Shown here piece by piece: positions 1 through 9,509 of a DNA stretch of 64,000 nt. The notes beneath the pieces were generated by a model that ran no database searches, was not told the origin of the DNA, and worked only from the letters and a program-made list of their open reading frames with translations. Both the position numbers and the translations under genes were made by a program. The stretch lies in NCBI GenBank assembly GCA_003142595.1, contig PLMU01000009.1, positions 8,195-72,194 on the forward strand, written 5' to 3'. The first letter of the stretch is position 1. Every line of letters begins with the position of its first letter. This DNA comes from Phycisphaerales bacterium (lineage in GTDB: Bacteria > Planctomycetota > Phycisphaerae > Sedimentisphaerales > UBA12454).

Positions 1-2353
1 ATTCACCCAACGTGACGGAAATATTAGTTGCAGCTTCGTTTTTAGCGTTTTTCTTTATCGACTCTTCTATCAGCTCGGCCTGAAGACTGGAGAAACGACT
101 CGGACCCATATCGACGCCGAAAGTTGTTCTTGCCCATTCAGCGATGCATTTAAGGCGATACTTTTCGTCGAGCATTGTGCCGCAAGCCTTGTCGATTGTC
201 GAGTCAATCATCGCGGTAATCGTATCCTTAAGACCGATGCCCTCGATTACCTGTCTTCTGCGGGAATAAAAAGTTTTTCTCTGATAATCCATCACCTCAT
301 CGTATTCGAGCAGGCTCTTGCGAGCTTCGAAGTTTCGCTGCTCGACTTTTTTCTGAGCCTTTTCAACGCCCTTGCTAATCTGGCGGTGCTGAATCGGCAT
401 ACCTTCTTCCCAGCCGACCCAGGAAAGGGCTTTGACAGTCCATTCAGGCGAAAAGATTTTCAGCAGGTCGTCATCAAAACTCAGGAAGAATTGGGTTGAG
501 CCGGCATCTCCTTGCCTTCCGCAGCGTCCGCGAAGCTGATTGTCGATTCTTCTTGCCTCGTGACGCTCAGTGCCGACAATGTGCAGACCGCCGATGTCCG
601 CTACGCCGGGGCCGAGTTTAATATCTGTGCCGCGACCTGCCATATTTGTGGCGATTGTAACGTTGCCGCAGAGTTTTCCGCCGCGGTCTGTGTGCTGCTG
701 GCCCGCTTTTTCAACGATTAACGCTTCTCTTGCGTGCTGTTTTGCATTTAAGACTTCGTGCTCTATACCGTATTTTCTGGTCAGAGCGTTTGAAATCGCT
801 TCGCTTTTTTCGACGCTGATTGTGCCGACAAGGACAGGTTTGCCCGCTGCGCTTGTCTCGTGAATTTCCTCTACGATAGCGTTGAATTTTTCCTTTAAGG
901 ATTTGTAAATCATATCTTCTTTGTCTTCGCGGATGCACGGCTTATTTGTGGGGATAGTGACGACTTCGAGTTTATATATCTGCATAAACTCGTCGGCTTC
1001 GGTAATTGCTGTGCCGGTCATACCGGAAATTTTGTCGTAAAGGCGGAAAAAGTTCTGCAGCGTAATTGTCGCAAGGGTCTGAGTCTCTTCCTTTACCGTA
1101 ACGTCTTCCTTTGCTTCAATCGCCTGGTGAAGGCCGTCGGACCATTGTCTGCCTTGCATTAATCTGCCTGTGAACTCATCGACAATTATGATTTTGCCGT
1201 CCATTACGACATAGTCTTTTTCTCTCTCAAATGTTATATGTGCCCGCAAACTCTGCTCAATGAGATGCTTCCATTCGGTATTTGCGCCGACGAAAAACGA
1301 GCCGACGCCGACCAAATCCTGAGCGGCTCCTGTGCCGTCATGATTCAAGTGGACGCTTTTTTTGTCGTATTCGACTTCGTAATATTGCTTTGCGGACTCC
1401 TGACGAGTCTGGAGATTTTCAATGTCCTGTTTGGCTTTTTCGATAGCTTCCTGAGCCGTTTTTACGCGGATGTCGTCTTTGGCCTTTTTTGAGTCCGACA
1501 ATTCGCCCTGAGCGTTTGCCAGAGTCTTTTGCGCGGTATCGAGCTGCTTGTTTATTCGGCTGTAGTCGCTATTCATTTTTATAAGCTGTTCTGTGACGGC
1601 ATTGGCTTTTTTGTATTTGCTGACGTCGTCGAAAGCGGGGCCGGAAATAATCAGCGGTGTTCTGGCCTCGTCGATAAGAATCGAATCGACCTCGTCAATA
1701 ATTGCGTATTGCAGCGGACCCTGTGCGAGCTGCTCGGCGGAAACTTTCATATTGTCGCGAAGATAATCGAAGCCGAACTCGTTATTTGTGCCGTAAGTTA
1801 TATCGCAGCCGTATTGCTCTTTGCGGACGGATGTTCCCGAAGCGTCGGGGAAGGTATCCATATCAGCCTGAATCGCGCCGACGGTAAGGCCGAGCGCTTT
1901 ATAAATCGGGCCCATCCATTCACTGTCGCGTTTTGCCAGATAATCATTGACGGTGACAACGTGCACCTTTCGTCCCGTAAGATGAACAAGATATGCCGCC
2001 AGAGTTGCGACAAGAGTTTTTCCTTCGCCGGTTGTCATTTCAGCTATTTTGCCGTCATAGAGAACGTGGCCGCCGATGAGCTGGACATCGAAATGACGCA
2101 TATTGACGGTTCTTCTTGCGGCTTCACGGACGACGGCAAAGGCTTCAGAAAGAATTTCTTCAGGATTTGTGCCGTCAGATAAACGATTTTTAAATTCCGC
2201 CGTTTTGGCTAATAAGGCGTTATCGTCAAGGGCTTTAATATCTTCTTCATATTGGGCCGCTTCAAGCGCGATGCGCATATAGCCTTTAACGAGCCTCTCG
2301 TTGCGAGAGCCGAAAATTTTAATGAGAAACTTACTTATTGCGCTTTGTGCCAT
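1..2353 (-). CDS. secA: Preprotein translocase subunit SecA (3' end runs off the window)
   Basis: Reverse strand reads MAQSAISKFLIKIFGSRNER...RHFDVQLIGG...AEMTTGEGKTLVATL...VDSILIDEARTPLII...IATNMAGRGTDI...QLRGRCGRQGDAG, all SecA motifs. Absent from the ORF track because there is no stop in the window. Confidence 0.97.
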   Translation of the reverse strand, partial: MAQSAISKFLIKIFGSRNERLVKGYMRIALEAAQYEEDIKALDDNALLAKTAEFKNRLSDGTNPEEILSEAFAVVREAARRTVNMRHFDVQLIGGHVLYDGKIAEMTTGEGKTLVATLAAYLVHLTGRKVHVVTVNDYLAKRDSEWMGPIYKALGLTVGAIQADMDTFPDASGTSVRKEQYGCDITYGTNNEFGFDYLRDNMKVSAEQLAQGPLQYAIIDEVDSILIDEARTPLIISGPAFDDVSKYKKANAVTEQLIKMNSDYSRINKQLDTAQKTLANAQGELSDSKKAKDDIRVKTAQEAIEKAKQDIENLQTRQESAKQYYEVEYDKKSVHLNHDGTGAAQDLVGVGSFFVGANTEWKHLIEQSLRAHITFEREKDYVVMDGKIIIVDEFTGRLMQGRQWSDGLHQAIEAKEDVTVKEETQTLATITLQNFFRLYDKISGMTGTAITEADEFMQIYKLEVVTIPTNKPCIREDKEDMIYKSLKEKFNAIVEEIHETSAAGKPVLVGTISVEKSEAISNALTRKYGIEHEVLNAKQHAREALIVEKAGQQHTDRGGKLCGNVTIATNMAGRGTDIKLGPGVADIGGLHIVGTERHEARRIDNQLRGRCGRQGDAGSTQFFLSFDDDLLKIFSPEWTVKALSWVGWEEGMPIQHRQISKGVEKAQKKVEQRNFEARKSLLEYDEVMDYQRKTFYSRRRQVIEGIGLKDTITAMIDSTIDKACGTMLDEKYRLKCIAEWARTTFGVDMGPSRFSSLQAELIEESIKKNAKNEAATNISVTLGE

Positions 2354-2405
2354 ATATAATTTAGATTAAAAGTTAAAACTAAAAAGTTAAAATTGTAAAA
2401 AGATA

Positions 2406-2434
2406 AGTATCATCCATAAGGGGCCAAAAGTCAA
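2406..2434 (-). promoter_or_regulatory. Sigma70-like promoter of secA (TTGACT-N17-GATACT)
   Basis: The same TTGACT-N17-GATACT hexamers lie upstream of efp (~4066-4094). Confidence 0.55.
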
Positions 2435-2504
2435 GAAAGGATTAAGCGTGGTCTCCTGCCGGCTCTTCTCTTCGTTTGCAGCAGTATTTGCTTGGCTGCA
2501 GTCA

Positions 2505-3125
2505 TTATTTCAGGCGCGACGTCAGGGCGTTCTTGATCTCATCGCCGATGTTATTTTTTCCGAGGTAAATATCCCAGATAGCCTGTGCGAAGGCGACATC
2601 CTTGATGAGAGTTTTGCCGCCGGGCATAACGCATTCAAAGCCGACACCGGAGACATGCGTCAGCCAGACCCGGTCGCCGCTTTTAAGGTTCTTGTTTTTC
2701 ATGAAGTCGAGCAGGGCCTTACATTGATCGACGAATTTCGGTTCTGGATAGTTAAGGCGTACGCCCTCGAGGAAGGCCTCAGCCATAACCTGACCGTCGA
2801 CATCGCGTTTCATGACCAGGTTCATCTGCTTGGCGCAGTCCTTGGCGACAAGTTCGGCGGCGGAATGCACTTCGACGCCTTGCTCAACATAGCTGCCGAT
2901 TGTATAGACCTTGAAGATGGCCTTCTTTCGCATGGCGACTCCGGTGAGCGTCAGTTTGACCTCCTTGTCTCCAATTTTGCTCTGAATATCGATTGGGTAC
3001 CTGGTGCTGCTGCCGCCGACATCGCCATCCGCGGCGCCTATCGTACCGATTCCGAGCACCAGCAGAAACAAGGCGTGCAAACAGAGGATTCTTATGAGGA
3101 ATTTACTCATTGCGTTCTGTACCAT
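2505..3125 (-). CDS. Chalcone isomerase-like family secreted protein
   Basis: Signal peptide; LTGVAMRKKAIFKVYTIGSY and FAQAIWDIYLG motifs. Confidence 0.8.
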   Translation of the reverse strand: MVQNAMSKFLIRILCLHALFLLVLGIGTIGAADGDVGGSSTRYPIDIQSKIGDKEVKLTLTGVAMRKKAIFKVYTIGSYVEQGVEVHSAAELVAKDCAKQMNLVMKRDVDGQVMAEAFLEGVRLNYPEPKFVDQCKALLDFMKNKNLKSGDRVWLTHVSGVGFECVMPGGKTLIKDVAFAQAIWDIYLGKNNIGDEIKNALTSRLK

Positions 3126-3346
3126 ATTAAAGATAAGTTAAAACTAAAAAGTTGAAATTACAAAAAGTAAGCATAACTCATAAGAGGCGGAAGTCAAGAA
3201 TTCATATGGCATGAATATATAACGTTTCCGATGAACAAATAAAGGAATTTCCCTATTCTCAATAACGACAGGAACGCAGTAGTATATTTTCAGGAAAATT
3301 ATCGCATAAGTATTTGTGAAATGTATTTTTAAGAATGGAAAAAGAT

Positions 3347-3466
3347 ATGAAAAAGATTTTACTAATTGCGCTGTTTGTGCTTTCTCTGTTCATTATGTCC
3401 AGTTGTCATGAAGAGCACGAACGGCACGAACATCATGGCACGAATATAGATGTGGACATACATTAG
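3347..3466 (+). CDS. Small His-rich lipoprotein, 39 aa (below the ORF-track cutoff)
   Basis: MKKILLIALFVLSLFIMSSC-HEEHERHEHHGTNIDVDIH*: basic N-terminus, hydrophobic core, lipobox-like Cys20. Confidence 0.7.
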   Translation: MKKILLIALFVLSLFIMSSCHEEHERHEHHGTNIDVDIH

Positions 3467-3476
3467 TATCTGAATA

Positions 3477-4031
3477 TCAGGCCCTTGTAACGTATTGGCC
3501 TGTGCGGGTATCGACACGGACAACATCGCCGACCTTTATGAAAGCCGGCACATTGATGACGGCGCCGGTATCCAGCGTTGCCGATTTTTTCTGGCCTGAA
3601 GCCGTTGCGCCTTTTATTTCAGGAGGCGTTTCGACCACGGTAAGGTCGACAGTGTTCGGCAGGACAACAGAAATCAGTTTTCCGTCATACATATTGACCA
3701 CAACTTCGGTGTTCGGCTTGAGATATTTTTTGCCATCACCAAAAGCGTCATTGTCGAGCGTTATCTGGTCGAAAGTCTCAATGTCCATAAGGATATGGCC
3801 GTTGGGCTGGGAATAAAGATACTCGTATTTGCGCTTATCCAAAGTAACATCTTCGATGGTTTCCTCTGACCTGATTCTTGCGTTCTGTATCAGGCCGTCG
3901 GTGATGCACTTGAGTTTCGTCTGATAAATTGCGCCGCCTTTGCCGCATTTGACGTGCTCGAAGTCTATAATTATGTAGAGCTTGCCATCCATAAGAATGG
4001 TTGTGCCCTTTTCCATCTCTGACGCTTTCAT
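3477..4031 (-). CDS. efp: Elongation factor P
   Basis: EHVKCGKGGA loop, YLY, KSATLDTGAVINVPAFIKVGD..VDTRTGQY; start taken at MKASEM. Confidence 0.95.
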   Translation of the reverse strand: MKASEMEKGTTILMDGKLYIIIDFEHVKCGKGGAIYQTKLKCITDGLIQNARIRSEETIEDVTLDKRKYEYLYSQPNGHILMDIETFDQITLDNDAFGDGKKYLKPNTEVVVNMYDGKLISVVLPNTVDLTVVETPPEIKGATASGQKKSATLDTGAVINVPAFIKVGDVVRVDTRTGQYVTRA

Positions 4032-4145
4032 TGTCCAGTTTCTCCGAAATCTAAATTTAAGTGATAGTATCACCCAAATGAGGCTGAAAGTCAAGAAAGG
4101 TTCTTTGGCGGGGAGACGACCGTAGAACGGTTGCGTCGAAAGTAA

Positions 4146-4778
4146 TTAAATGTGTTCCTGTCCCTGGTTAAATGATATGCCGCGGTTAATCATATCTTTT
4201 CGTAATTGGCCAACATTGACAAATTGTATCGCTTCCAAACCTGCATCCATCGCTCCTTGTACGTTCTCTATCAGGTCATCAATATATAAACACCGCGATG
4301 CCGCTGCACCGACATTTCTTGCAGCCGCAAGATACGCCTCTTTTTCGGGTTTTCGAAAACCCGTTTCAAAGCTCAATGTCGGCCTTTCTATCAGTGCAAT
4401 AACCTCAAATCGCCGGCGGATATATTTCCAATGCAGAGGGTCGGTATCCGAAAGCAAGCCAAGCCGCACCTTGCCGCTAAGCTCTTTTACAAGTTCATAC
4501 ATTCCATCCATTGGATCAAAAATATCACACCACTGCCTTGCAAATTCCGCAAAATCCGCATCGAGCGAGAATTTAATCTTCATTGCTTTATAGAATTGCT
4601 GCGGTGTCAATTTTCCGGCGTTGTATGCCGCGTATGCCGGTTCCTGCATCATCTGAGCCACGGCTGCTTCGGTGCTATTTGCCAATGAGTGGCCAAACAG
4701 TTCGAATATTCCGCGTGTAATATCCACTTGGACAAGAACCTGCCCCAGATCAAACACTACCGCTTCTATTTTACTCAT
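4146..4778 (-). CDS. HAD-family phosphatase
   Basis: VVFDLGQVL, KPE, YIDD motifs. Confidence 0.85.
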   Translation of the reverse strand: MSKIEAVVFDLGQVLVQVDITRGIFELFGHSLANSTEAAVAQMMQEPAYAAYNAGKLTPQQFYKAMKIKFSLDADFAEFARQWCDIFDPMDGMYELVKELSGKVRLGLLSDTDPLHWKYIRRRFEVIALIERPTLSFETGFRKPEKEAYLAAARNVGAAASRCLYIDDLIENVQGAMDAGLEAIQFVNVGQLRKDMINRGISFNQGQEHI

Positions 4779-4899
4779 ATAGGATTTACCATATAACCTG
4801 TGTATATTTCTGCTCAGCTGAACCGCTGGGCCTCATTTCCGAAAGCTTTGCCACAGGTAGAATGTCAAACCTGTATTGAAAAATCAAGAACTTTAATGT

Positions 4900-6813
4900 T
4901 TACTTATTAATCAAATTAAACAATTTGTTTGCCAATTCAGGGTCTAAGGTTTTTAAGATTTTATATTCCTCAATGGCGGAACTTTTGTCGCCAGTTTCTA
5001 AATAGACAACGCCAAGATTATAGTGTGCCATAGCAACATCCGGCTTAATTCGGATGGCCTGCTTATAGACTTCTACCGCATCGGGATAGCGGCCAAGTTT
5101 GCCGTAGGCAACGCCAAGATTAATATATGCATCGGCATAATCCGGCTTAATTCGGATGGCTTGCTTATAGGCTTCTACCGCATCGGGATAGCGGCCAAGT
5201 TTGCGGTAGGCAACGCCAAGATTATAGTGTACCGTGGCTAAATCCGGATTGATTCGGATGGCCTGCTTATAGGCTTCTATCGCATCGGTGTCACGGCCAA
5301 GACCGTCATATGCATTGCCGAGATTATTGTGTGCCTCGGCGTAATACGGCCTGATTCGAATGGCCTGCTTATGGGCGTCTATCGCATCGTTATAGCGGCC
5401 AAGATTGCTGTAAACAATGCCGAGATCAGTATACGCTTCGGCGTAATCCGGCTTGATTCGGATGGCCTGGCTGAGATCCTCTATCGCCTCCTTGTAGCGG
5501 CCAAGGCTGTTGTAGGCAACGCCACGACTATTGTGCGCGAGCCAATTGTTTGGCGTTACCTCAATGGCATGCGAAAAAAGTGTAAAATTGTTTTTCCAAT
5601 AACTTGCCTGGCGATGGGCGCATATTCCGAGGGTTGTCAGCACAATCACCATCGATAGGCCGAGAGCTATTTTTCGTTGAGGCGACACCGAAATCCATTT
5701 TGAAAGAAGCTGCGGCAGGCCCCAGGCAAGCATTAGAAAGAGGCCTATGTACGGGATATACGTGTAGCGGTCGGCATAGGCCTGCGAACCGACCTGAACA
5801 ATGCCGATGACGGGAATAAGAGTTCCAAGATACCAGAACCAGCCTACCGGCAAGTACCTTTGATTGCGTCCAAGGCGGACCACGAAAACAGATATGCCAA
5901 TTAGCAACAAAGCACACATCACAACCTGCCAAAATGAGATGCTTCCAGCGACGTTAAAAGGGTAAAATGCGGCCAGATTCCGCGGCCAGAACATTTTAGC
6001 CATATATTCTGCGTACGATAAAAAGGCGTTGGCGATTCTGTTGTTCAAAGAAATGATATCGATACTGATTACCGCGCCGCTGCTTCGCTGAATTAAAAAG
6101 GTGATAACGCTTGAGATAACCGAAAGAACGAAGAAAGGAATTTTTTCCCAGACCAGATTATAAATATTTTTCCGATTAAAACGGCCGATACGATTAAGCG
6201 GCCAATAGTCGAGCAGCAGTAGCAAAAATGGCAATGTAACGAGCATCGGCTTGGCCATAAGACCCAGCGCAAACAGCACAAGGGATAATATGTATCGATA
6301 TACAGAAGGACGTTTGACATAGCCGACGTAAGAGGCCAAAGTGAGCAGCAGGAAAAAAGTGCTTAAAACATCTTTGCGTTCGGCAATCCACGCAACCGAT
6401 TCGACATGCATCGGATGAATCGCAAAGGCCGCTGCGACAAATGCGCTCGGCCAGAGCGAGCCGGTCATTTTCTTGAGGACCGCAAAGAGCAGCAAGGTAT
6501 TTACGAGGTGCAGAAAAAGATTTACAAGATGAATCCAGCCGGGGTTTGCACCTCCCGGAAGGGACAATTGACAATCGAGCATTAGAGACAGCCATGTCAA
6601 AGGGTGCCAGTTAGCCGCATGACCGGTTGTGAAAGCCCAGATGGCGCCGCCTGCGGTCAGGCCGTTTAGAACGTGTGGATTTTCGTATACGTAGTCACTA
6701 TCGTCATAACTAACGAACTCGAAATTGCGGACCTGCCGGAAGACCAGAAAGGTACTCAATATCAGGACAAAATACGTGAAAATGACGAAAGATTTTTTCA
6801 CAGATTCAGACAT
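4900..6813 (-). CDS. TMTC-like membrane glycosyltransferase with C-terminal TPR repeats
   Basis: YDDSDYV, WHPLTWLS, HPMHVESVAWIAERKD, ADRYTY motifs; about six 34-aa TPRs. Confidence 0.85.
   Translation of the reverse strand: MSESVKKSFVIFTYFVLILSTFLVFRQVRNFEFVSYDDSDYVYENPHVLNGLTAGGAIWAFTTGHAANWHPLTWLSLMLDCQLSLPGGANPGWIHLVNLFLHLVNTLLLFAVLKKMTGSLWPSAFVAAAFAIHPMHVESVAWIAERKDVLSTFFLLLTLASYVGYVKRPSVYRYILSLVLFALGLMAKPMLVTLPFLLLLLDYWPLNRIGRFNRKNIYNLVWEKIPFFVLSVISSVITFLIQRSSGAVISIDIISLNNRIANAFLSYAEYMAKMFWPRNLAAFYPFNVAGSISFWQVVMCALLLIGISVFVVRLGRNQRYLPVGWFWYLGTLIPVIGIVQVGSQAYADRYTYIPYIGLFLMLAWGLPQLLSKWISVSPQRKIALGLSMVIVLTTLGICAHRQASYWKNNFTLFSHAIEVTPNNWLAHNSRGVAYNSLGRYKEAIEDLSQAIRIKPDYAEAYTDLGIVYSNLGRYNDAIDAHKQAIRIRPYYAEAHNNLGNAYDGLGRDTDAIEAYKQAIRINPDLATVHYNLGVAYRKLGRYPDAVEAYKQAIRIKPDYADAYINLGVAYGKLGRYPDAVEVYKQAIRIKPDVAMAHYNLGVVYLETGDKSSAIEEYKILKTLDPELANKLFNLINK
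5030..5545 (-). repeat. 102-bp tandem TPR-coding repeats
   Basis: Near-identical units such as cggcttaattcggatggc.tgcttatag.cttctaccgcatcgggatagcggccaagtttgc at ~5041 and ~5143. Confidence 0.85.
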
Positions 6814-6884
6814 AACTCATAATGTATTTGTTGTAAGAGGTGTTGTCAATGACCTGCTCCGTTCACAGGGCAAGGATTTAAAAT

Positions 6885-6965
6885 TTATTTTCTTTTTCTC
6901 AAAACCTGTCCTGAGCGGAGTCGAAGGACCAATCCGCCTAGGCCGAGCGGTAAAAACGTGGTCAT
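6885..6965 (-). pseudogene. Orphan PEP-CTERM tail remnant with REP-like insert
   Basis: Reads MTTFLPLGLGGLVLRLRSGQVLRKRK*, resembling the tail ATLLLLGLGGLLLRKRK of the gene ending at 8149. Confidence 0.6.
6905..6928. repeat. REP-like element cctgtcctgagcggagtcgaagga
   Basis: Resembles the widespread CCTGAGCnnnGTCGAAGG extragenic repeat type. Confidence 0.6.
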
Positions 6966-6970
6966 TTTTT

Positions 6971-8152
6971 CTATTGCCAGCATTCTCCGCTGGGGCTGCG
7001 GCCGCAACTCAGCCAGTCTATTGCGAATTGTGCAAGGTCTTTGAAGTTCAGCTTGCCGTCATTGTTCAAATCAACCGAAGGCGGATTACCCGCCCATGCG
7101 TCAGCCATACGAACGAAATCAGAGAAATTTACCTGACAGTCGCCATCAATATCAGAGGCAATCGGACTTGTGCAAGTCCATCCATATCGCATTATCGTTC
7201 CGTGTCCAATTTGTACGGCTGTAGAATTGTCAGTGCATAAAACCGGAGCTGTCCAGGTTTTCCAATTATCGTTGGATTCACTCCAATATGACGCTCCTAT
7301 TGTCCTTTGAAAATATACTCGCCAACTCGTACCGCCAAGCCAAATCACACAAGGGCCTTCTATGCCCCAACCACCAATCGCCGGAACCGCATTAGCCCTC
7401 CAACCTGCCCAATCGTTCACGTCTGTTGTTTTTGTATAAGTCCCTGCAATAGTTGCACAAGCGGCAACTTCGATGTAATTTCCGTTAACATAAAACATAT
7501 AATAATTAGGGTCATTTGGTCTTTGAACTATGTAAGAATCGTAACCGCCAAAGACAGAAACTGGCGTTGACCAATTATTAAAATCGCCAACAACAGTATG
7601 GTGCATTTCTTTTATAGTATAATTTGTCATAACAAAAATATGGACAATGCCTGCTGGATCAACATACCATTCGGGAGCCCACGCTGTGGTAATATTTGGG
7701 AATTTAACATAACATACTTTAGTCCACGTTACTAAATCAGACGACTTAATAATTCCAATTTGGTTTCCATCAAAGCCGCCTAAATTGTTAGTTGTATATG
7801 TGATATAATAATTGCCGTTAGTATGCCTGAATATCGAAGGGTCTCTAAATTGATATACTGGTTCGTGATAAGAAGAACCGCCATTTAACAGCCTCCACGC
7901 CTTACCATCATTAGAATCAAACAAATAAAGGTCATTCGAGTCGTACATTCCGACTAAATTTGAGTTGTGACAAGCCATTAAATAATAAGGTGTACCTGCC
8001 AAATAAGCCTTTGTTGCTGACTGTTGGTCAAATATCACATTGCTGTCGTTGACCTCGTTTAATGGATAATAACTGATAAGATTGGAATCAGCAACACCCG
8101 CAGAACAGAGATTCGTCAAAGACAAGATTAAAAAGCAAATTGCCTTTTTCAC
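6971..8152 (-). CDS. Secreted GH43-like beta-propeller protein with C-terminal dockerin-like EF-hand domain
   Basis: Signal peptide; FRDPSI, WAPEW, IEGP motifs; DIDGDCQVNFSDF and DLNNDGKLNFKDL repeats. Confidence 0.75.
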   Translation of the reverse strand: MKKAICFLILSLTNLCSAGVADSNLISYYPLNEVNDSNVIFDQQSATKAYLAGTPYYLMACHNSNLVGMYDSNDLYLFDSNDGKAWRLLNGGSSYHEPVYQFRDPSIFRHTNGNYYITYTTNNLGGFDGNQIGIIKSSDLVTWTKVCYVKFPNITTAWAPEWYVDPAGIVHIFVMTNYTIKEMHHTVVGDFNNWSTPVSVFGGYDSYIVQRPNDPNYYMFYVNGNYIEVAACATIAGTYTKTTDVNDWAGWRANAVPAIGGWGIEGPCVIWLGGTSWRVYFQRTIGASYWSESNDNWKTWTAPVLCTDNSTAVQIGHGTIMRYGWTCTSPIASDIDGDCQVNFSDFVRMADAWAGNPPSVDLNNDGKLNFKDLAQFAIDWLSCGRSPSGECWQ

Positions 8153-9258
8153 TTTCTTTTTCTTAAAAGCAAACCGCCCAGACCGAGCAGTAAAAGCGTC
8201 GCGGGTTCGGGGATTGGCTCCCAGAGAATTGCATGGTCATTAGCTGTACCTGTTGCATAATCTGCTGCATAGCCAACGATATTCCCATAACTATCGATAT
8301 AATTAGCAGAAGAATTAGTTAATCCGGCTGGCAGGAATTGATTCAGGTCGATGAAGTTATCCGCACTACCATTCCAGAGTAAAGCGTGGCTCTCTCCTCC
8401 TGTGGCCGAACCATAACCAAAGCCGACTTGTTGTGTACCATTGGTTCCATTAGCACAAGAAATATCGAATCCGCTGGGATTCAAATCGACATAGCCTGCT
8501 GCACTACCGTTCCAAAGCAAGGCGTGGTAGCCTGTGCCCGAACCATGACCATAACCAACCTGCTGCGTGCCGCTGATTCCGTAAGCATAAGAATTAGTGA
8601 ATCCGCTGGGATTCAAATCGACATAGCTTGCGGCACTTCCGCTCCAAAGTAGAGCATGATTTTTGTTGCTTGTGGTCGGACCCGAACCATTGCCAGCCTG
8701 TTGCGTACCACTGGTTGCATTAGCACCAGAGGAAGTAAATCCGCTGGGATTCAAATCGACATAACTTGCTGCACTGCCGCTCCAAAGCAAGGCGTGGTCT
8801 TGGCCTCCTGTGGCCGAACCATAGCCAACCTGCTGTGTGCCGCTGATTGCATTAGCACGAGAGGAAGCAAATCCGCTGGGATTCAAATCGATACAGCTTG
8901 CGGCACTGCCGTTCCAAAGCAAGGCATGGGCGAAGGCAATAGTCGAACTCCATCCAAAGCCAACCTGCTGTGTACCATTGGTTCCGGCAGCATGAGAATT
9001 ACTGAGTCCGCTGGGATTCAAATCAACATAACTTGCGGCACTGCCGTTCCAAAGCAAGGCGTGGGCTGGGTTACCTGTGGCCGGACTATAACCGTATCCG
9101 ACTTGCTGCGTGCCGTTGGTTCCGGTAGCATAAGAATTAGTGAATCCGCTGAGGGTCAAGTCAATTGCTATATAGCTTGTGCCCCAGACTTGGCTTACTG
9201 CTATGGCCGCCAAAACCGTTAAGACTATTACGATTCTAAATTGTGAATTAGTTTTCAT
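8149..9258 (-). CDS. PEP-CTERM protein with ~43-aa HALLW repeats
   Basis: Repeated GTQQVGYG...HALLWxGSAASYVDLNPSG; C-terminal IPEPATLLLLGLGGLLLRKRK. Confidence 0.9.
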   Translation of the reverse strand: MKTNSQFRIVIVLTVLAAIAVSQVWGTSYIAIDLTLSGFTNSYATGTNGTQQVGYGYSPATGNPAHALLWNGSAASYVDLNPSGLSNSHAAGTNGTQQVGFGWSSTIAFAHALLWNGSAASCIDLNPSGFASSRANAISGTQQVGYGSATGGQDHALLWSGSAASYVDLNPSGFTSSGANATSGTQQAGNGSGPTTSNKNHALLWSGSAASYVDLNPSGFTNSYAYGISGTQQVGYGHGSGTGYHALLWNGSAAGYVDLNPSGFDISCANGTNGTQQVGFGYGSATGGESHALLWNGSADNFIDLNQFLPAGLTNSSANYIDSYGNIVGYAADYATGTANDHAILWEPIPEPATLLLLGLGGLLLRKRK

Positions 9259-9509
9259 TTTCTTCTCCTTCCAAAAATTTGCGCAGAAATACCGCTGGAT
9301 TGTGAACGAATGGAAAATCCTCCGTAATCGCATTTTCTTCCTGCCTCCGTTAATAACTGCCCCCTATTATAGACGTTTCCTGCCGTAAATCAAGGAAAAA
9401 GCGGTTTTTTGAAAGGTTCTTGCATAAGCAATTCTTATCTATTATATTATGCCGTCTCGTCGTATTGTGAGACTGTTAATTGATAATCCTATAATTGACA
9501 GGTAAAAAA

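Larger units (their letters stand above)
2363..3200. repeat. Imperfect ~70-bp direct repeat (2363-2437 and 3131-3200) containing a promoter/leader
   Basis: agttaaaactaaaaagtt(a/g)aaatt..aaaaag..taag.at.a..cataag.ggc..aagtcaagaa occurs upstream of both secA and the chalcone-isomerase-like gene. Confidence 0.8.

Noticed and set aside
512-2182. Plus-strand ORFs in the first 2.2 kb and similar shadow ORFs elsewhere
   Set aside because: They are antisense or off-frame shadows of secA and other well-supported genes.
5030-9140. CRISPR array or DGR repeats
   Set aside because: The repeats are in-frame protein repeats (TPR, HALLW); no unique spacers, cas genes or reverse transcriptase.
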